Positions 25,801 to 48,067 of a stretch of DNA of 48,067 nucleotides are shown here, piece after piece. The DNA comes from Macrostomum lignano (lineage: Eukaryota): assembly GCA_002269645.1 (NCBI GenBank), contig NIVC01004376.1, positions 1 through 48,067 on the forward strand. The letters run 5' to 3'. Under the pieces are notes generated by a model. That model saw nothing but the letters and a program-made list of their open reading frames with translations, searched no databases and was not told the DNA's origin. Each line of letters begins with the position of its first letter. Position 1 is the first letter of the stretch. Both the position numbers and the translations under genes were made by a program.

Positions 25801-27953
25801 AGAGGCATTGCTGCCCATTCTGCCGACCCCCTGAAGAGGCACACAAGCGCGCGGATACGTACGCAGTCATACGCACAGGCACACACTCACACGGGAGTTT
25901 ACAGCGGCCCTGACTTTATTTATCGTTACGCATGTACACTTCACTGCGCCTTGGGGGTTGACCCATATATAAGCAAGGAAACTTTTATCTGCTGGCTTAC
26001 TCAAACAAATATATTCGTACGCCCTCCAGCTCGATGACCCTGTAGTAGCCAATGGATACGAGGCACCGCTGGTTCGCCAGAACTTGTATCTGTCTCTCAC
26101 AATCGAACCGCACGCACTTGCCTGTCCAGTTTTTCATTGGTAATTAGTAAAATAAATAAATTGTAACAAGCATAAAAGTTGCAAAATAATTTTATTGTAC
26201 GTTCACGCATTTCTGGAACTCACTCCACAGTACGTCATTCCAAAAGCATCAGAATTTCCGTTTTGAATTTGATAGAAAAAATACAGCGGACCGTAAGATG
26301 CCAATCCTGTGAATTCGTTTATGCCATCATCGCTTCCACTAACGTCGATATCGGTTGCGAGTGTCAAAAATGATGGAGAGCATGTATCTGGAACATTGTA
26401 TATTTTGGGTAATATTGGGTATTGTTTTTCAAAGCTGCATTGTACATACTAATAGTTTTCTCACCATTGGTAGTCATAGCCGGTGTCTGGCACAGAAAAT
26501 ACTGCTTCATTGAGCAGTTTTGAAGGTACAAACGGCTAAAATCCGTGTTGTAGGAGGCGCAATCGAGCCCACCTCCATCGGTCAACCCGAGATAGAACAG
26601 ATCGTCCGGAACTGGATTTCCCTCAGAGTCAAAGAACCGGTTGTTATGCGAGACGTTCCTGGTGACCCCAACCCAAGTGTTCCAGTGGAGCCATTCGACT
26701 TGACCAAGTATTGTAAGATCTTCCCTCGATCTCGGGGCAAATAGAGTTCCAGATTTTCCCATTCCGGCACAGCTGGCTGCAGCGGCAGGCTGGCCGATGC
26801 CGCTGGTGAACAGACGGATGCAGCGTTCGAAGTGCTGAGTCCACGGAGGCGTGCAGACTGCGGGTTTCAGAGCAGTGACAAGTGGTGGATAGAGAACTAG
26901 TCATTTCAAGTAGGTTATACTAATTGAATAAGATCTACTGGGTTGCTAGCTAAGTAGGGTAGCGTATTCTCCCTATTCTAGCATATTAGAGTCATCAAAC
27001 TTTAAAATAGGCATCGTGAGCTTAGTAGGACAAATAAGGAAGACGGAAATGACTAGCACTTAAAGCTAAATTTAGCAACAGGCGGTCGTGAAGTCGGAGA
27101 GAGATAGAATGAAGGCAATAAACCGAGGCGAGGGGCAGACTATATATTTAAAGCAATAGCTCGTAAACTGGACCTCTCCGTTCGCCACGCGCACGCAGAT
27201 GTCTAAAATATCGATCGTGAGAAAATTATACGCTCTAAATAGATAGAGCACCCAACAGGAAAGTAAAACGGCCCAATTGGGGACAAAATTTAGTTGTCTA
27301 AATGGAAATTAGGAAGAAAGGATAATTATTGTCAATTCTGTGGATAAATCTGACAGAAAGTTTTGCTTCGCTTCAGCTCAATCTGTGATAGAAAAGCGGA
27401 GTTGGAGTTAGGATTGACAACAGTTTTAACACTGCAGCGCATAGCACAAACAGCGCTCAGATGCGCTGCACAATCGCAGCGGATGTGCCGTTGGCTGCTC
27501 ACCTGACCTCCTTACAAAATGCTAGTTGTGACTATTGACTATATAGATACAAGTATGTTTAATAGATTACCCTTTCATGATATAACCACGGACTACTAAA
27601 GTAGACCGACGGGACTATAACGTAATCTTCAAGTGGTCCTTGGATATACTCTTGTAGCTTCAGTAGTTGTCGTTTTTATTGAAAAGCTTAAGTCACGAAC
27701 TTCAAATTATTTAAAAGATACTTTTACCCAAACCTGTTATGTATTAACATTCTGCAATCAGTAGACTATGCAGTAAAGCATTATTCTTACTTGTAGTTTA
27801 CATGTAGATAGCTAGATTTAGCCAATTTGAAGATTTAGCCATCTATTTTTAAAAAGAATCTCAGCAGTACTTACAGTACTTAGCCTGGCTTTCCAGTACG
27901 ACTGCCAGCAGTAGCAAACAGGTGAATAGCAGTAGAAAAGTGGCGCGCAGCAT
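1152..27953 (-). CDS. Gene B: giant signal-peptide-bearing mosaic lectin protein (4 CTL, ~7 F-type lectin, multiple F5/8C, kringle, LamG); about 4,500 aa to this point (hand estimate); 3' end unresolved
   Basis: Dozens of GT-AG exons join with matching phases from ATG 27953 down to the exon 1152-1273; two apparent single-base frameshifts (~22410, ~5610). Confidence 0.92.
1965..3694 (-). CDS. Gene B exons: fourth CTL, F-type lectin, unassigned module and discoidin-like stub
   Basis: ECPFGFFRHKDSC..WKWWDGSPVDWKFW..EC..WRNIKC..FICE; AANDG..WWRVDM..V.EVWIYLRSD..C..GRYVIL..LAEVVVY; CDLRLVNGVPGLLTTNVTS. Confidence 0.85.
3832..10658 (-). CDS. Gene B cassette copy 3
   Basis: CTL from 10658 (DCPDG..RGTLFMPKD); Y ~9750-10020; stub (GCMQPLLPGIPGKLT); half-kringle 9350-9484; F-type lectin ~8540-9095; X ~7360-8020; F5/8C ~6650-7290; split F-type lectin 5564-6572; F5/8C ~4360-5090 (LGNPIGMEDG..FVIQG..LEILGYP); short F5/8-like 3832-~4255. 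Confidence 0.88.
5962..6255 (-). CDS. Gene B exon: complete kringle domain
   Basis: CGNAASRTSYFGRQNVTSSGYTCQKW..NYCRNCDNTNRFWCYTTNPSVTLDTCQISSC; 294 bp, phase 1-1. Confidence 0.95.
6840..6884. repeat. 20-bp tandem duplication in an intron
   Basis: GCAAATTGCGTGCATCAATG x2 plus GCAAA. Confidence 0.9.
10659..17693 (-). CDS. Gene B cassette copy 2
   Basis: CTL ~17030-17693 (ECPQGW..NGTLFMPKS); Y ~16690-16960; stub (GCLEPLL..); half-kringle 16238-16378; F-type lectin ~15070-15700; X ~14240-15010; F5/8C ~13590-14150; F-type lectin ~12725-13376 (ICEIEVYG); F5/8C ~11135-12510; short F5/8-like to 10659. Confidence 0.88.
11830..12090 (+). mobile_element. Degenerate non-LTR retrotransposon fragment (APE endonuclease N-terminus) in a gene B intron
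   Basis: VDILQLNLHNCIAN (from 11912) and, one frameshift later, FIEPWTKKGKILNI match the ILQ.NL.H / QEPW..G.I motifs. GC-rich sequence from ~11640 may be the preceding part of the element. Confidence 0.6.
17921..26896 (-). CDS. Gene B cassette copy 1
   Basis: CTL 26465-26896; Y 26001-26387; discoidin stub 24304-24432; half-kringle 24101-24217; F-type lectin 23279-23829; X ~22190-23192; F5/8C ~21670-22170; F-type lectin ~20660-21380; F5/8C ~19810-20560; short F5/8-like 17921-~18420. Confidence 0.88.
18731..19450 (-). mobile_element. Possible decayed LINE 3' fragment (RNase H / C-terminal region) in a gene B intron
   Basis: GC-rich insert in an AT-rich intron; weak echoes of VP.H..GNE (VPYM..VNE), W..RQ.K (GWRQVAK) and R..R.L..GH (RSTFRLRPLIQH) across broken frames. 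Confidence 0.3.
19625..19758. mobile_element. MITE-like inverted repeat
   Basis: 41-bp arms 19625-19665 and 19718-19758 (35/41 complementary); TACAATCC repeated at 19618-19625 and 19760-19767. Confidence 0.6.
24528..24780. repeat. Degenerate low-complexity repeats in a gene B intron
   Basis: AGGATAC-like run at ~24530-24570 and TTGAATTGACCCC / CCTTAGAATT-like units at ~24685-24780. Confidence 0.6.
27875..27953 (-). CDS. Gene B first coding exon: signal peptide
   Basis: aaaaATG then MLRATFLLLFTCLLLLAVVLESQAKY; phase-1 donor gtaagt joins the phase-1 acceptor at 26897. Confidence 0.9.
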
Positions 27954-28150
27954 TTTTGCTCGCCGAATTTTTTGTCTCTCTACAGCAACTTTTCAATTTC
28001 AATTTTTTCAATTGAATAAAACGGTTTTGTAGTGGTTCAGTTGGTTGAACACGTATGCACGACTGCGTCGGGTTGCATGAGCTCTATATAGCATTAGGCT
28101 AACGTTTACCAGTTGACTATATAAATAAAAAGGGTGTACAAATGGTTGCT

Positions 28151-28247
28151 AAGGTAACTGAATGTGAGCTATCCATCCCTCTCGCTCAAACCCAGGAGGG
28201 CGGACAGTCAAGAGAAGTGGCCGCATACTCAATTGGTCGATTAAATT
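28151..28247. repeat. ~100-bp dispersed direct repeat, copy 1
   Basis: AAGGTAA..ATGTGAGCTATCCA..CCTCTCGCT..GGAGGGC.GACAGTCAAGAGAAGT.GCCGCA.ACTCAATTG..TCGATTAAATT also at 29711-29814. Confidence 0.9.
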
Positions 28248-28661
28248 GGCTTCATCTGTTTAACTCCCGTCGGGGCATGAAAAATATTTTTATTGTCTTT
28301 TGCGCTGTCACAGACGGAGGGTTGCCTCAGCTGAGAAGGAGTTTAAATTTGACAATGTAGCTTCCTGCTGCGATAGCCTACATGTATGAATGCATATATT
28401 ATTCTAATATATATATTACACATTATATTACAATACAATTAGTTTTACAGTGGAATAATTATGTGCTTGCAAAATAGGACAGAGAGGCAACAGGGGATGC
28501 TAGAAATTTTATACCTGGAAAGATAGATAAAGTAGGGATAACTGAATTACAACCCACAGTGAGGAGCGCCAGCAAAATTAGAGCAAAGAGATGGGGCGGA
28601 CTGCAGAACCACAGAGATCACGGAGATGAGGAAGGCTAGAAATGCATTGAACGTGACGTAT

Positions 28662-28817
28662 AGCCAGTCCAATACCGGTTCTGAGGGGACGAAGCTCCAT
28701 TTTGCCTAACCGAGCCAGTCCAATACTTGTTCTGAGGGGACGAAGCTCCATTTTGCCTAACCGAGCCAGTCCAATACCGGTTCTGAGGGGACGAAGCAAT
28801 TTTGCCTGCCCGAGCCG
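28662..28817. repeat. 51-bp minisatellite x3, upstream of gene B
   Basis: Unit AGCCAGTCCAATACCGGTTCTGAGGGGACGAAGCTCCATTTTGCCTAACCG at 28662, 28713 and 28764 (third copy 49 bp). Confidence 0.97.
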
Positions 28818-29710
28818 ATTTCGTACTAGTTTCGGGGAGAGCGGAGCTTTTTCTTGCAGGGCTTAGAGCCTGAGGCAACGGGCAAACATTTAGACAAATA
28901 CCAAATAACGACTCAACTTAATGACCTAAATCCCACGACTGTAATGTACGATCCCAGGGCCAGTTTTGCCTGCTCTGTAATCGGTTTAACTGGCTGAGGC
29001 CGGTGCCTCTGTCCCGCTGCGAAGGTGGTAGGGGTGCGTTATGCGTCGTGCATTGGGGATGAGATGCTCCGGGTTTTCTATTCATGTGCTCTGTCTGCCT
29101 TGCTTTGGCTTTAAAATACCAAATGTGACACTATCCCAGGATTGTCAACAGCACAGACTGCGCATGAAATTCCAAAAACTCCCCCTCCACAAGTAACATT
29201 GCAGCGGCAACAGGCTTTGCCACTCAACTGTTGAATCTTAATTAGCTTAATTGACTGTGTGGAAAATGCGGATATTTTTCTTTAATTGATTGATCACGTC
29301 ACTACGCTCAATAATAGCTTACAATGATTTAAAATTTAATTGGCAGTTTTGGCTCAAAAAGAATTTGTCGTCAATTACGAGATAAGCTTATTGTCGATGG
29401 GAACTTTAGCTGATTGGCTACCTACCCCTGCTATTACAATATATGGTTGCGGTATACAATATTCTAGTGCAAATAAAGTGTAAATACGAGTGTACGAGGG
29501 TATAATTAAAAATATGGTTTTAGCGGTAATATCCGGTTAAGAAACTCAATTTAATTGGCAGTCGTGCGAGCATTATACGGATTTAAGGTGAAGTAGGAAA
29601 AACGGGTGTTGAAGTTTGTTTGTTTGAATTTTATAAAGGGCATTTAGTGGCCCATGCTCGTTTTCCGATCGCTTTTCCTCTCTGTCCTCGCTTAAAGACG
29701 GTACCTCGCA

Positions 29711-29814
29711 AAGGTAAATGGATGTGAGCTATCCACCCCTCTCGCTGCAACCCTAGGAGGGCAGACAGTCAAGAGAAGTAGCCGCAGACTCAATTGATCA
29801 GGGTCGATTAAATT
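29711..29814. repeat. ~100-bp dispersed direct repeat, copy 2
   Basis: Aligns to 28151-28247 with scattered substitutions and a short insertion. Confidence 0.9.
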
Positions 29815-31620
29815 CTGTTCACCATGCATGCGGGACATTCACGCAGGGAGCGCCCAACAGTCCCTCACCTTCACTCCCAATAACTCAGTGGGTGTTTTAT
29901 TTAGCCATACTAAATCGGCTTCTTGGATTGATTGATCACACCTGGGGATAGCTAAACAATAAAATAAAATATAATTGGCGTTTGTAGCTCAAAAGTAATT
30001 TAACGCTAATTCAAATTGCTGTCCTTTGCTCGGGCTAGTAAGTCTATATGTAGAGCATTGTAGTTTTAATCCGAATGTTGGAAATCTGAGCCAGAATTAT
30101 CTTGAGCTGATTGACTAAATTCGATTGGTTCTTTCTAGTGGTTCATGAGTACAGTTATAGAGTTGTCAAACACTCAGTAGTACTAAAGACTGCGATCCAG
30201 ATCTTTGCACCTCTAACTCAAAATTATTGTAGCCAAATGAAGAAGCATTCCTGTGCAGAGCATCAGCGACATACCTTCTATTTACATAGCCCCCTGCTTT
30301 ATTGAAAATCAGAGCGGTGTGCTGCTCTCCCCGCTGTGATCGGATTAGAAATCGCGGCTTTGCGATTGACTTAGGGATGCTACACAGCATCCTTGTGTGG
30401 CATCCTTGAGAGCTTTTCGGCACTAATTGTCAACAGCACGTACTCATAGGCTGGTGAGGAAAGACCGTCCTGCCAGCAGTCACGGGTTTAACAGACAAAT
30501 AACGTGAAAAAGTCGTATGCAGACCACGGCAGTGTCCTCGAAAATCATTTGTAGGAAAATTTAGCTTTAAAAAAAGATTATTGATTTTTAGTTGTATTGA
30601 TAAAATGGCTCCATTGCTTATAAAAGACTCGTAGACATAATTCTGAATAAAATAGATCAAGGAAAAGTACACTTCTAATTAATGTTCCGCAGTACTACGC
30701 GCGTACTATAAGTTATTCGCATCTCCGCATAGATTCTAAATTCGAGGAAATTATTTGCATACAAGAATTTTCACTCGCTCAACGCTAGTAGTTGTAAACA
30801 TAAATCGCAAGTTCAGAAGAGAGTTAAAAATGAGTTTTTTTCAGAATTAGTTCAAAATTTATAGATTGGTTTCAAGCAAAAAGCAAAAAAGGCATCTTTC
30901 TATCAGCCAGAAAAATATCGCTTTTATTTGACTTTAGATCAAATCGATATCGCGGATAGAAAAAAGTAGCAAAACCAACACAGCCATAGGTTTGGTCACG
31001 TAGCTCTATTAACCCAAGAATCTGGTTCAGATATAAACTTTAATAATCTACAACATAGGCTCATTGTCAAGACAAATCACTGAAATATGTGTGCCTAAAA
31101 AAGGTTAAATTTTCGATAAGATTCATAAGAAAAGGCATATTTTTGGTATTACTCAAGTTTTGCCATTACGATCGAGGTTACTAAACTGGTTGATACGAGT
31201 TAACTGGTTGATCCCGCCCTAATTACGAGGAAATCTGTATTGGATGAAAAAATTAAATTATTTATTCATATACTCGTATTTTACAACGTAACTGTTCTGG
31301 AGGTTCATTTTTTGTTATATTTTTGGGGTTTCACTTATTTAATTGTGCATTTATTTTTCTCTCCTTTAGTGTACTAATATGGGCCAACCCCCCTCTCTCT
31401 CTGCTTACTTCCCTTTTTAAAGAATAATAAAAAGGGCGTGATTTTGGTAAGCGGGTATTTTGCTAAGTGTTTTGTTTGCCTGCGCGAGAACGCAGTGGTG
31501 TTCATGGCTATAACCATTCGATTTTGCCTACTTAATTATTTTTTGGTTTTTAAGAGATAGTCGATTTAACATAATAACTGATAAAAAAATTTTTTTGAAA
31601 CCAAATAAACAAAAACACGT

Positions 31621-31626
31621 TTTATT
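31621..31626 (-). terminator. Candidate polyadenylation signal of gene A
   Basis: AATAAA on the minus strand about 65 nt after the stop, in AT-rich sequence. Confidence 0.4.
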
Positions 31627-31690
31627 TTAGTAAAAATTCTTTTTTTTAACACTTGACTCACTGTTTTATAACTAGCTCATAAAGCAAAAG

Positions 31691-48067
<16,377 letters not shown>

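Noticed and set aside
28080-28130. TATA-like elements upstream of gene B
   Set aside because: AT-rich region with several equally good matches and no TSS information.
28662-28817. CRISPR-like array
   Set aside because: Head-to-tail repeats without unique spacers, eukaryotic context, no cas genes.
29693-29814. Spliced-leader RNA or 7SK-like gene (TAAAGACGGT.., AG|GTAAAT, GGATGTGAG)
   Set aside because: Only short matches to motifs recalled from memory; no Sm site, no ATG-ending leader and no complementary 3' CACATCC; an Infernal search would be needed.
30395-30415. GGATGCT-ACAC-AGCATCC hairpin near 30375-30392 with a partial repeat just downstream, as a Helitron end or terminator
   Set aside because: No CTRR end follows and no other Helitron evidence; short stems occur by chance.

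Overview
Eukaryotic, intron-rich animal (probably invertebrate) genomic DNA read with the standard code and GT-AG introns. Almost the whole window is two giant multi-exon genes in tandem on the minus strand; exon boundaries were reconstructed by hand. Gene A (31691 to beyond 48067) is a polycystin-1-like receptor: F5/8C, C-type lectin, CUB-like, fibrinogen C-terminal, EB/EGF, three CARDB-like repeats, PKD, REJ, GPS, TM1, PLAT, further TMs, the polycystin channel domain and a coiled-coil tail. Its GPS lacks the autoproteolysis residues and its last channel exon is heavily disrupted. Gene B (ATG at 27953, running to at least 1152) has a signal peptide and three copies of a ~7-9 kb, ~1,300-aa cassette (hand estimate): CTL, module Y, discoidin stub, half-kringle, F-type lectin, module X, F5/8C, F-type lectin, F5/8C, short F5/8-like. 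A fourth CTL, an F-type lectin and a LamG domain follow; the 3' end is unresolved. The first in-window part of gene A matches the tail of the gene B cassette, so the two look like paralogous members of a lectin-cassette receptor array. One F-type lectin in gene B is split by a full kringle on a frame-neutral 294-bp exon. Several single-base frameshifts in both genes are most simply long-read assembly errors. Introns and the intergenic region hold LINE fragments, a MITE-like inverted repeat, a ~750-bp (TAAG)n tract and minisatellites. No rRNA, tRNA or CRISPR features were seen.
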